Assembly: GCA_900548205.1 (NCBI GenBank)
Contig: URJS01000003.1
Coordinates: 7,352-71,351 of the forward strand
Reading direction: 5' to 3'
DNA: 64,000 nucleotides
Source of the DNA: an uncultured Roseburia sp.
GTDB taxonomy: Bacteria > Bacillota > Clostridia > Lachnospirales > Lachnospiraceae
The notes beneath the pieces were generated by a model that saw nothing but the letters and a program-made list of their open reading frames with translations, was not told the origin of the DNA and ran no database searches. Made by a program: the position numbers and the translations under genes. The first letter of the stretch is position 1. Each line of letters begins with the position of its first letter. Positions 28,570 through 38,008 of this stretch are shown in pieces.

Positions 28570-29670
28570 ATGAGAAAGAAAGCAGTTTTTATTACCAATA
28601 TTCCATCGCCGTACCGCGTTGATTTTTTTGTCTATCTGCAGAAAAATTTTCCGGAGTATGAGTTTCATGTGATATTTTCGGGCGCCGGCATGGAGAATCG
28701 CCAATGGAGCGTAGAGCTGCGGGAGCTTGAGAATGCCGTCTTTTTAAAGTCGCGCACGATCGTGATCCGCAAGCGGTATGACGACCGATATATTTTTCTG
28801 CCTGTCGGAGTAGAAAAGACGCTGGCAGCGCTAAAGCCGGATATGGTATTTGCGATGGAGTACAATCCGACGATTCTGCGCGCGGTGCACTGGTGCGTGC
28901 GGCATCATGTTCCGTTTGTGAGCTGGACGGACGGGACGCTTTATTCCGAGCGAAATATCGGGCGCGTGCAGCGTCTTTCCAGGCGCTACATCATAAAGCG
29001 CGCGGCGGCGTTTGTGGCGAGCAGCACTGCCTCAAGGGAGGCGCAGACGGCATACGGCGCAGACCCAAAGAAGTGTTTTCTTTCTTATCTGACAGTGGAT
29101 ATTCAAAAATATCTTGCAAAAAAAGATTCCTATGAGGCGCGCCAGATGATTTATGTGGGAAGTCTCATCCAAAGAAAAGGACTTGATCTGTTGCTGCCTG
29201 CGCTTGCCGAAACGGCGGAGGATATCCGGCTTGTGATCGTCGGAGAGGGGCAGGAGAAGCAGGCTTTGTGCGAACAGATAGAGAAGCTTGGTATTTCAGA
29301 CCGGGTAGAATGGAAGGGCTTTGTGGAGGGCGAGGCGCTGAGAAAGCTGTACCGCGCATCGGACGTCTTTGTGCTCCCGACGAGGGAGGACTGCTTTGGG
29401 CTTGTGATCTTAGAGGCGATGTGCGCGTCCCTTCCGGTGATCTCCTCAAAGTATGCGGACGGCGCAAGAGATCTGCTGGCAGAGGGGGAGAACGGGTATA
29501 TGGTAGACCCGGAGGATACGAAAGCGTTCGCCAAGACGATCGATGGCATATTTGCAGAGGGCAGGCTTGCGCAGATGGGCGCTTGCAGCTATGAGAGGGC
29601 GCAGCAGTTTTCGTTTGCGAGGGTGGCAGAAGGCTGTATCGCGGCGCTTCGGTATGTGCTTGGCGAATAG
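28570..29670 (+). CDS. GT4 family glycosyltransferase
   Basis: TNIPSPYR, YVGSLIQRKG, EDCFGLVILEAM. Confidence 0.9.
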   Translation: MRKKAVFITNIPSPYRVDFFVYLQKNFPEYEFHVIFSGAGMENRQWSVELRELENAVFLKSRTIVIRKRYDDRYIFLPVGVEKTLAALKPDMVFAMEYNPTILRAVHWCVRHHVPFVSWTDGTLYSERNIGRVQRLSRRYIIKRAAAFVASSTASREAQTAYGADPKKCFLSYLTVDIQKYLAKKDSYEARQMIYVGSLIQRKGLDLLLPALAETAEDIRLVIVGEGQEKQALCEQIEKLGISDRVEWKGFVEGEALRKLYRASDVFVLPTREDCFGLVILEAMCASLPVISSKYADGARDLLAEGENGYMVDPEDTKAFAKTIDGIFAEGRLAQMGACSYERAQQFSFARVAEGCIAALRYVLGE

Positions 29671-29675
29671 ATGGA

Positions 29676-30842
29676 ATGGAAGAAGAAATGAAAAAAAAGA
29701 TATTATTTAATGGTTTGGGAAACCGCGGCTGGATTGGCGGTCTTTATTATCTGAAAAATATTATATTCAGCTGTCTGCAGAGTGAAAAAATTAAAAACAG
29801 CTTCGACATGATTGTGCTGATCGACCCAAAGCACGTGGATATTTTTGATTGCTTTGCAGATACGGACGGCGTTGAGATTCGTATTTTTGCGGGCGAGAGC
29901 AAGTGGAAGCTGATGCTTTATGAGATGCGGCTGATTTGGGTGCAGGGCGTAAAATACTGCTATGCGCTGGAGTTAAATAAAATCGGACGTTTTTTTAAGC
30001 GCAAAGGGATTTTCTGGATACCCGATTTCCAGCATCGGACGCTGCCGGAATTTTTTTCGCAGGAGGAGCTTGCCAGAAAGCAGGAGAAGGATACCGAGAT
30101 GGTGATGAGCAAAAATCCCATGGTGTTAAGCAGTCTTGATGCAAAGAATGATCTGGAACGCTTTTATCCCGGTTATCGCTGCAAGATTGAGGTCGTGCAT
30201 TTTGTCTCTTATATAGAGCCGGAAATCCGCGCGATCACGCCGGAGCTTGAGGAGAAGGTGCGGGAGAAGTTTGGACTGAAAAAGAAGTACATCTATCTGC
30301 CGAACCAGTTTTGGCAGCACAAAAATCATATTGTGGCGGTGCGGGCGATCGAGGAGTTAAAAAAGCGCGGCGCCTTAGCTGATCATGATTTTGTATTTAC
30401 CGGAAATCTGGAGGATTACCGCAATCCTGCGTATATCAACCGCTTAAAGGAAATTATGGAAGCGCCGCAGGTGGCGGATGCGATACGTCTGCTTGGCTTT
30501 GTGGACCGCACAGAGCAGCTGTGCATTATGAAAAACGCGCAGTTTATTGTGCAGCCGTCTCTCTGCGAGGGCTGGGGAACAGTGCTTGAGGATGCAAAGG
30601 TGCTCGATAAGACGGTTCTTTTGTCTGATATTCCGGTGCACAGGGAGCAGATGAATGAGAAGTGCCGGCTGTTCGACCCGAACGAACCGGGGGAGCTTGC
30701 GGATTTGATGGAGCAGTTGGCAGGGGAAGCGCAAAGCCCCAAGACGGCGGAGCAGTTTGCGGGGAATATAGAGCAGGGGATCGCAAATATGTATCGGGAA
30801 GCGTGCGAATATGCGAAGGCATTGGAGCGTGTATTTCTATAA
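29676..30842 (+). CDS. GT4 family glycosyltransferase
   Basis: WIGGLYY, WIPDFQH, PNQFWQHKNH, EGWGTVLEDA, SDIPVHRE. Confidence 0.88.
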   Translation: MEEEMKKKILFNGLGNRGWIGGLYYLKNIIFSCLQSEKIKNSFDMIVLIDPKHVDIFDCFADTDGVEIRIFAGESKWKLMLYEMRLIWVQGVKYCYALELNKIGRFFKRKGIFWIPDFQHRTLPEFFSQEELARKQEKDTEMVMSKNPMVLSSLDAKNDLERFYPGYRCKIEVVHFVSYIEPEIRAITPELEEKVREKFGLKKKYIYLPNQFWQHKNHIVAVRAIEELKKRGALADHDFVFTGNLEDYRNPAYINRLKEIMEAPQVADAIRLLGFVDRTEQLCIMKNAQFIVQPSLCEGWGTVLEDAKVLDKTVLLSDIPVHREQMNEKCRLFDPNEPGELADLMEQLAGEAQSPKTAEQFAGNIEQGIANMYREACEYAKALERVFL

Positions 30843-30853
30843 GGAGCGTTGAA

Positions 30854-31777
30854 ATGAAAAAAATGGTGATTACCGGCGTGAATGGATTTATCGGAAGAAG
30901 CGCCAAAGAATACTTTGAACGGGATTATGAGATCATCGGCATTGATTTAGCAGAGAATTATTGCGGTCAGAAAAACGGCGCCGGCAGTTTTACCTATTAT
31001 CAGTGCAATATGTCGCAGAATCCTGCAGAGCTTGCCAATATTTTTACCGATATGCAGCCGGATGTCGTGCTGCATTGTGCGGGAAGTGCAAACGTCGGTG
31101 CGTCGGTAGTCAATCCGATGGCCGATCTGGACGGAAATCTGCACAGCCTTTATCAGCTTTTGCTGGCATTAAAGTCATTTGAAAAAAGACCGAAGCTTAT
31201 TTTCTTTTCCAGCGCGGCTGTCTACGGAAATCCCACGCACCTTCCGATCCGCGAGACGGATGCGCTTGCGCCGATTTCTCCGTATGGCGTGCATAAGCTG
31301 ATGTGCGAGGAGCTGTGCCGCTATTATAACAGGGTGCACGGCTATCAGGCGCGTGCGATCCGTATTTTTTCCGCCTATGGCAGCGGACTGCGCAAGCAGC
31401 TTTTATGGGATATGTACCAGAAATATCAAAATACGGGAGAGATCAAGCTGTTTGGCACGGGGAATGAGACGAGAGATTTTATCCATGTGTCGGATATTAT
31501 GCGTGCGATCGCGCTGATCCTTGCTTATGACGGAGATGAGGAGGTCTTTAATGTGGCAAACGGCGAGGAGGTTTCTATCCGCGCGCTGGCGCAGATTTAT
31601 GCGAAGCAGCTTGGCAGGGATGAGAAAATCGTGGCGTTTACCGGGGAGACAAAGGTGGGCGACCCACAGAACTGGTGCGCGGATATTTCCCTGCTGAAAA
31701 AAATCGGCTATCAGAAGCAGAAAGAGCTTGAGGCAGGCGTTTTTGATTATGTAAACTGGGTCAAAGCAGAAGGGTAA
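30854..31777 (+). CDS. NAD-dependent epimerase/dehydratase (SDR)
   Basis: TGVNGFIG, SSAAVYG, SPYGVHK, RDFIHV; AGGAG RBS before ATG 30854. Confidence 0.9.
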   Translation: MKKMVITGVNGFIGRSAKEYFERDYEIIGIDLAENYCGQKNGAGSFTYYQCNMSQNPAELANIFTDMQPDVVLHCAGSANVGASVVNPMADLDGNLHSLYQLLLALKSFEKRPKLIFFSSAAVYGNPTHLPIRETDALAPISPYGVHKLMCEELCRYYNRVHGYQARAIRIFSAYGSGLRKQLLWDMYQKYQNTGEIKLFGTGNETRDFIHVSDIMRAIALILAYDGDEEVFNVANGEEVSIRALAQIYAKQLGRDEKIVAFTGETKVGDPQNWCADISLLKKIGYQKQKELEAGVFDYVNWVKAEG

Positions 31778-31780
31778 GGG

Positions 31781-32758
31781 ATGAGTGAAAGAAAGACGGC
31801 GCCGGTGATTTTGTTTACCTACAACAGACCGGAGCATACAAGGAATACCATAGAAGCGCTGGCGGCAAATGAGCTGGCAGACGAAACGGAGCTTTATATT
31901 TTTTCAGATGCGGCGAAGCCGAAAAAGGATGACAGCGAGACGGCAGAGCTGGCATGGCGGGAAAATGTAAAAAAGGTGGAGCAGATCCGCGCTTATGCGG
32001 CAGACATCACCGGATTTGCAAGCGTCACGCTGGTGGAAAGGCATGAGAACTATGGTCTGGCGCGAAATGTCATCGAGGGCGTGACGGAGATCGTAGATCG
32101 CTATGGAAAGGTGATCGTTTTAGAGGATGATCTTGTGACAAATCCGTTTTTTCTTCGTTTCATGAACGACGGGCTGGATCGTTACGAGAAAGAAAAGAGA
32201 GTCACGGGTGTGACGGGATATTCATTTTTGGATGATGACACCGATTATGATAAGCCTTCTTATCTCTGCGGTCTGACGGGAACAAGCTGGTCGTGGGCGA
32301 CATGGGCAGACCGTTGGGAAACGTTTGACGCGAATGCACAAGGGTGGGAGCGGCTGATCACAGATGCGGCTTACCGTAAGCGGTTTAATTACGATAATAC
32401 TTATAATTTTTATCAGATTTTAAAGGCGCAGCAGCAGGATGCGGGCACAAATTCGTGGGCGATCCGCTGGTATTATACGACGTTTTTGCAGGACGGCTTG
32501 ATTCTTGCTCCGACAAGGTCGCTTGTGGCAAACGACGGCTGGGACGGTTCGGGTGTCCACTGTGGGGACGGCGCTGCTCCGACAGCAGTACATGCCTTAA
32601 AGACAGCAGAGGCGATCACAGCGTTTCCGGATCGCATCGAAGAATTGCCGGATGTGCGCCGGAGGCTGAAAAAGGAATTGATCCGGATCTCGGAGCCAAG
32701 CATAATAAAGCGCGTGTATCATAAGGTGTTTCGGAGAAATTATGTAGGAGAACCGTAA
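31781..32758 (+). CDS. GT-A fold (GT2-like) glycosyltransferase
   Basis: PVILFTYNRP, NYGLARNVIEGV, VIVLEDD, SWSWATW. Confidence 0.85.
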   Translation: MSERKTAPVILFTYNRPEHTRNTIEALAANELADETELYIFSDAAKPKKDDSETAELAWRENVKKVEQIRAYAADITGFASVTLVERHENYGLARNVIEGVTEIVDRYGKVIVLEDDLVTNPFFLRFMNDGLDRYEKEKRVTGVTGYSFLDDDTDYDKPSYLCGLTGTSWSWATWADRWETFDANAQGWERLITDAAYRKRFNYDNTYNFYQILKAQQQDAGTNSWAIRWYYTTFLQDGLILAPTRSLVANDGWDGSGVHCGDGAAPTAVHALKTAEAITAFPDRIEELPDVRRRLKKELIRISEPSIIKRVYHKVFRRNYVGEP

Positions 32759-32872
32759 GCTCCGATTGTAAGCGCCTTATATGCAAGCGCTTATGATTGG
32801 AAAAACGAGAGGGTATATCAAAATATTTATGATCTGCGCAAACGGATGCTGGAATGATACAAGGAGACAGAT

Positions 32873-33694
32873 ATGAGGATTTTGGCGATTTTTACCTGTT
32901 TTAACCGGAGGGATTTGACGGAGCGGAGTATCCGTACACTGCGGGAGAATCAGGAGGTAATCTTTGATTATGTCGTGGTAAATGATGGGAGCACGGACGG
33001 AACAGCAGAAATGCTGGCAGCCCAGCCGGAGCAGATCGACGTAGTCAATGGCGATGGCGGACTGTTCTGGAATCGCGGTATGTATGAGGCGATCGAGCAC
33101 ACGAAAAAGCATCATCCCGATTACGATTATTATATGCTGATGAACGACGACACAAAATTTTTTCCGGGCGTCTTTGATGAGATGCTTGCATCCTTAAAAG
33201 GGGATACGGTGATGGTCGGAGCAATCTGCAACGAGGACGGCAGTCTAAGCTACGGCGGCATCAAATATACAAAGGGCATCAAGTATAAAAAATACGGACC
33301 GGGGGAGCAGGAGCTTTGCTTTGACACGTTCAATGCCAACTGTGCCGTGATCCCGCATGATATTTTTATGCAGGTGGGGATCGACCCGTTCTATCAGCAC
33401 AGCATCGGCGATTTTGATTACGGCTTGCAGATCAGCAAAAAGGGATATGTGATCCGTGTGTTTGAAAAATATGTGGGCGAGTGCAATGACAATACCTTAC
33501 AGCGGACCTGGCAGGATGAGAGCCTTCCGAGAATGGAGCGCATCCGGCTTAAAGAGAGCAGAAAGGGATTGCCGTTTGCGGACTGGTTTCATTTTCTGCG
33601 GAAAAATTTCGGGCTGGGAACGGCGATTGTCCGTTCGATGACGCCGTACATCCGTATTTTGCTCGGAACAAAGACGAGATATTCAGGGGCATAG
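32873..33694 (+). CDS. GT2 glycosyltransferase (rhamnosyltransferase-like)
   Basis: TCFNR, NDGSTDGT, LFWNRGM, LMNDDT, GDFDYG. Confidence 0.88.
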   Translation: MRILAIFTCFNRRDLTERSIRTLRENQEVIFDYVVVNDGSTDGTAEMLAAQPEQIDVVNGDGGLFWNRGMYEAIEHTKKHHPDYDYYMLMNDDTKFFPGVFDEMLASLKGDTVMVGAICNEDGSLSYGGIKYTKGIKYKKYGPGEQELCFDTFNANCAVIPHDIFMQVGIDPFYQHSIGDFDYGLQISKKGYVIRVFEKYVGECNDNTLQRTWQDESLPRMERIRLKESRKGLPFADWFHFLRKNFGLGTAIVRSMTPYIRILLGTKTRYSGA

Positions 33695-33735
33695 AAATGT
33701 GCTATACTGTGGAGAGAAAACAAAAATAAAGGCGG

Positions 33736-33969
33736 ATGCTTGAAATGGAGGAAAATATGGAAGAATTTTTAGGCTTTATGGCAGAAATACTTGAGACGGA
33801 TCAGGAGAAGCTGACGCTTGAGACAACGCAGGAGGAGGTAGAGACATGGGATTCTCTCATGCAGCTGCGTCTTGTTGGTGAGGTGGAGGCAAAATACGGC
33901 GTGACGATCCCGATGGATGCTGTCTCGACGATCACAACGCTCGGCGGTTTTTATCAGTTTGTAAAGTAA
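33736..33969 (+). CDS. Acyl carrier protein
   Basis: Small acidic protein with WDSLMQL phosphopantetheine-site motif. Confidence 0.88.
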   Translation: MLEMEENMEEFLGFMAEILETDQEKLTLETTQEEVETWDSLMQLRLVGEVEAKYGVTIPMDAVSTITTLGGFYQFVK

Positions 33970-33992
33970 CACGGGAAAGGTTTGGGTGCAAG

Positions 33993-35645
33993 ATGAGAAT
34001 TTCGGTTCTGTCGAATGTGAATCTGGATATGCTGTCCGGACTTTTGAAAAAAGAACATGAAATATTTCAGACGGAGGGCTATGGCGGGTGGATCACCTAT
34101 GCGCTTAAGCCGGATGCACGGTTGCTGGCGTTTGCGCCGGAGTGCATCCTCCTGCTGCTTGAGGGAAACGAGCTTCTTGGAAGCTGCGCCTCATGGGAGG
34201 CGGTGAAGGAGCAGCTGGCGCAGACGGAGGTCTATGTAAAAAAGCTGGCAGAGCATTATCCGGGCAGCCATCTTTTTGTATCGACGATCGACGTGAGACA
34301 GGAGCGGATCCGAGAGAGGGACGGCGCGGATTTTAGTCTGCGCGCCTCTGCGGCTTGGGATGAGCAGCTGACGCGTCTTGCGGAGGAAAACGATGGCGTC
34401 CATCGCCTGGAGCTGCGGGATTTTATCGAGAATTACGGAAGAAAATCATTTTATTCCGAAAAGTTTTGGTACATGGGCTCGATCCCGTATGAGATGAAAG
34501 CGCTGCACGCGCTGGCGGGCGAGATCGGACGAACGGTAAGCAAATTAAAGGCTGTGCGCAAAAAGGTGCTTGTCTTAGATCTGGATAATACGCTCTGGGG
34601 CGGCGTTTTAGGGGAGGACGGCATGGAGGGGATCTGTCTTGACGCTGCACATCAGGGGGCGATCTATCGGGACGCACAGCGGGAGATCAAGAAAATGCAA
34701 ACGCAGGGTGTGCTTCTTGCGATTGCGTCCAAAAATAATAGCGAGGACGTCCGTGCCGTCCTTCGGGAGCATCCGCATATGATCTTAAGGGAGGATGATT
34801 TTGCCGCTATTTATGCAGACTGGAATCCGAAGTGGGACAATGTAAGGCGGATGGCGGAGGAGCTTAATCTTGGTCTAGACGCCTTTGTCTTTGTGGATGA
34901 TAACGAGGCGGAGCGCGAGGGAATGAAGATCCATGCGCCGCAGGTAGCGGTTGTTGATTTTCCGTCGGATATTACAAGGCTGGCAGATTGTATGCGTGAG
35001 GTTTATGAGGAATATTTCTGGAGCTTTCGTCTGACGAGGGAGGATATGGAGAAGACGGTGCAGTACCGGCAGGAGAAGCTGCGCCGCAGCGAGCAGCAGG
35101 CGGCGGCTTCCTACGAGGAGTATTTAAAGTCGCTTCAGATAAATATCCGTCTTGCAGAGGTGACAGAGGAAACCAAAGCGCGCGCCGTGCAGCTGATGAA
35201 CAAGACAAACCAGTTTAACGTCTGCACCTTGCGCATGGATGAGCTCCAGCTTGAGCAGTATCAGAGAGAGCAAAACGGCCGGCTTTTGATGGCGGAGGTT
35301 TCCGATAAGTACGGCAGCAGCGGCTGGGTGGCTGAATTTTTATATCATATCGATAAGACGACCGCCGTTGTTGATAATTTCCTGATGAGCTGCCGCGTGA
35401 TGGGACGATGCATTGAGGATGTGATCGTCGAGGAGATCCTTAGAAAGCTTTTTACGCAGGGCGTGACAGACGTGCGTGCCTTTTATCATAAGACAGCAAA
35501 GAATCAGCCGGTAGAGCATCTGTGGGATGCACTTGGATTTGTATGTGTGAGCGAGGATGAGAACGCGAAGGAATATGCGCTGACTCTGGAGGAGTACAGG
35601 CAGAGAGAGAAAAAAGAGACGCTGCACGCGATTGTGTGGGAGTAG
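33993..35645 (+). CDS. FkbH-like HAD-IIIC phosphatase/glyceryl transferase
   Basis: VLVLDLDNTLWGG, ASKN, FVDDNEAER, QLMNKTNQFN, FLMSCRVMGR. Confidence 0.92.
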   Translation: MRISVLSNVNLDMLSGLLKKEHEIFQTEGYGGWITYALKPDARLLAFAPECILLLLEGNELLGSCASWEAVKEQLAQTEVYVKKLAEHYPGSHLFVSTIDVRQERIRERDGADFSLRASAAWDEQLTRLAEENDGVHRLELRDFIENYGRKSFYSEKFWYMGSIPYEMKALHALAGEIGRTVSKLKAVRKKVLVLDLDNTLWGGVLGEDGMEGICLDAAHQGAIYRDAQREIKKMQTQGVLLAIASKNNSEDVRAVLREHPHMILREDDFAAIYADWNPKWDNVRRMAEELNLGLDAFVFVDDNEAEREGMKIHAPQVAVVDFPSDITRLADCMREVYEEYFWSFRLTREDMEKTVQYRQEKLRRSEQQAAASYEEYLKSLQINIRLAEVTEETKARAVQLMNKTNQFNVCTLRMDELQLEQYQREQNGRLLMAEVSDKYGSSGWVAEFLYHIDKTTAVVDNFLMSCRVMGRCIEDVIVEEILRKLFTQGVTDVRAFYHKTAKNQPVEHLWDALGFVCVSEDENAKEYALTLEEYRQREKKETLHAIVWE

Positions 35646-35671
35646 CTTTGGGGCGTTAGAATGGAGGAAAT

Positions 35672-36235
35672 ATGGCGGAAAGCTTTTATACGGACGAGGA
35701 GTTAAAGGAGCTTGGATTTGCACATGTCGGCCATGATGTAAAAATCAGCCGGAAGGCGAGTATCTACGGGGCTGCGCAGATGCACATCGGCAATCATGTG
35801 AGAATTGATGATTTCTGCGTGCTCAGCGGAAAGCTTACGATTGGAAATTATGTGCATGTGGCAGTTTCGACTGTCTTGTTTGGAGGAGCGGCGGGCATTA
35901 CGTTTGAGGATTATACGGGAATTTCCTCCCGCTGCGGCGTGTATGCGACAACGGATGATTATTCCGGTGAGTTTATGACGAATCCGACCGTTCCGGAGGA
36001 GTTTACGCATGTGATCGAGGCGCCGGTGGTGATCGGGAAGCATTCGATCATCGGAACCGGCTCCACGATCCTGCAGGGCGTTACGATTGCGGAGGGCTGC
36101 GCTCTGTGTGCGATGACACTGGCAACAAGAGATACGAAGCCGTGGGGCATTTATATGGGCTATCAGTGCGTGCGTATCAAGGAGCGGAGTCAGGCGCTTT
36201 TGGAGATGGATATCAGGAAGCTGGAAGAAGCTTAG
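35672..36235 (+). CDS. vioB: Hexapeptide-repeat (LbH) acyltransferase, VioB-like dTDP-amino-sugar N-acyltransferase
   Basis: ELKELGFAHVGHDVKISRKASIYG...IGNHVRIDDFCVLS...DDYSGEFMTNPTVP matches the VioB pattern as I recall it. Confidence 0.72.
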   Translation: MAESFYTDEELKELGFAHVGHDVKISRKASIYGAAQMHIGNHVRIDDFCVLSGKLTIGNYVHVAVSTVLFGGAAGITFEDYTGISSRCGVYATTDDYSGEFMTNPTVPEEFTHVIEAPVVIGKHSIIGTGSTILQGVTIAEGCALCAMTLATRDTKPWGIYMGYQCVRIKERSQALLEMDIRKLEEA

Positions 36236-36243
36236 GAGTTGGC

Positions 36244-37182
36244 ATGGGAACGATCGGTTTTGTGATTTTAAATTATCAGGCATACGAGGAGGCGGCTGCC
36301 TGCGCGGCGTCGATCCTAAAGACGCAGACTTATCCCGACATTCAGATCGTGATTGTTGACAACGGTTCGGGAAATGACAGCGTGGAGCAGTTAAAGGCGC
36401 ACTTTGGCGGCGAGGGACGGGTACACATCATCGCGGCGGAGAAGAATCTGGGGTTCGCGCAGGGAAATAATCTGGGAATCGCCTATGCGAGAGAGCATTT
36501 TTCGCCGGATTTTCTTGTGGCGGCAAACAGTGATATTATTTTTGAACAGCCGGATTATTGTCAGAAGCTGTTTGAGATTTATCGCAGGAAACCGTTTGCG
36601 GTTTTGGGAGGCGATATTATTGACGCAAGCCGTACCCAGCATTTTAATCCGGTGGCAAGGGAGCGTGTCTACACAATCCCTTATATGGGAAAGCAGGCGC
36701 TGGTATCGGAACTTAAGGCGTGGATGTTTCGCGCGATCAAGTTGTTTCATCTGAAAAAAGCGGTGGCGGGACACTATGGGATTGCTGCAAATGAAGCGGG
36801 CGCGGATGTGTGCGGCGGCGGAAAGAATCTTACGACACGCGAGGTGGAGGGAAGGTCTGTGGCGGCGGATGTACGGATTGACGAGGAGCTTTCTGACGTG
36901 CTGCTCCACGGCTGCTGTCTTGTGTTTTCGCGAGATTTTTTTGCGGAGCTTGACGGGTTCTGGCAGGAGACGTTTTTATATGCCGAGGAAGAAATTCTTT
37001 ATTATCTGGCAAGGAAAAAAGGTCTTCGGCTGCTCTATTCGCCGGAGGTGACGTGTATGCACAAGGAGGCGGTGACGACAAAGCAGCTCTATCAGGATTT
37101 TTGCGACGCTAAGATTTTTTATTTTTCCAATGTGGCAAGGTCATATCGGAAGTTTTTGAAATTGATGAGAGAATATGAGTAA
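36244..37182 (+). CDS. GT2 glycosyltransferase
   Basis: VILNY, VDNGSGN, NLGFAQGNNLG, NSDI, FLYAEE; start at ATG 36244 after AGGAG. Confidence 0.88.
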   Translation: MGTIGFVILNYQAYEEAAACAASILKTQTYPDIQIVIVDNGSGNDSVEQLKAHFGGEGRVHIIAAEKNLGFAQGNNLGIAYAREHFSPDFLVAANSDIIFEQPDYCQKLFEIYRRKPFAVLGGDIIDASRTQHFNPVARERVYTIPYMGKQALVSELKAWMFRAIKLFHLKKAVAGHYGIAANEAGADVCGGGKNLTTREVEGRSVAADVRIDEELSDVLLHGCCLVFSRDFFAELDGFWQETFLYAEEEILYYLARKKGLRLLYSPEVTCMHKEAVTTKQLYQDFCDAKIFYFSNVARSYRKFLKLMREYE

Positions 37183-37972
37183 AAGAGAAGAAGCATTTGT
37201 TACGATTGTCTGCTGCTACAATGACAGCGGACAATATGAGGCGTTTTGTGCCTCATTGGAAAAGCAGGAAATCGCATACGAGCTTTTGGGGATCGATAAC
37301 CGCGGGCAGCAGTTTTCCTCCTGCAGCAGTGCGCTAAATTCCGTGCTGCCAAAGATCAGGACAGAGTATGTGATCTATTCGCATCAGGATATACGCCTGC
37401 CAAAGGAGGATATGCTCTCGCAGTTTGTGGAGTATGTAAGGCAGGTTGGACCGGACGATATTGTCGGCGTTGCGGGGGCTGCGGAGGTTGAAAATCTGGT
37501 GGCTGGCGTTGTCGGAGATCGGGCGGGAACCTGTGTGCTGTCCTATATCCTGCACGGAAAAAACCGTTCCTGTCCGGGAGAATGGGAGTTTTGTCAGATT
37601 GCGCCATGTGATACGGTTGATGAATGTTTTTTCGGGGGACGGACAAGCGCGTTTTTGAAAGAGCCGTTTGACGAAAAGCTGTGTGACAGCTGGCATCTGT
37701 ATGCGGTGGAGCGCTGTCTGCGTGCAAGGCTTTTGGGAAACAGGGTATGGGTGTGCAGGCTGCCGCTCATCCATGAATCCGGCGGGCATATCGACCATTC
37801 CTATAATGTGGGATTGCGCAGGCTTGCGGCGCATTATGATAAGCGCGGGAGAGCGGGAGAGCACAGGATTTCAATCATCCGAACGGTGTGCGGAACGGTG
37901 CGAACGGACTGGCTGCACCGGAATTTGTTTTACTGGAAAAGAGAATTGCTGTTTTTGCTGCATCGCATGTAG
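37175..37972 (+). CDS. Glycosyltransferase (GT-A, Glyco_tranf_2_5-like)
   Basis: IVCCYN, ALN, YSHQDI, VGVAG, TVDEC, WHLYA. Confidence 0.8.
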   Translation: MSKREEAFVTIVCCYNDSGQYEAFCASLEKQEIAYELLGIDNRGQQFSSCSSALNSVLPKIRTEYVIYSHQDIRLPKEDMLSQFVEYVRQVGPDDIVGVAGAAEVENLVAGVVGDRAGTCVLSYILHGKNRSCPGEWEFCQIAPCDTVDECFFGGRTSAFLKEPFDEKLCDSWHLYAVERCLRARLLGNRVWVCRLPLIHESGGHIDHSYNVGLRRLAAHYDKRGRAGEHRISIIRTVCGTVRTDWLHRNLFYWKRELLFLLHRM

Positions 37973-38008
37973 ATGCACGGGCGCAGTGCATGAAAGCGGG
38001 AACGAGAG

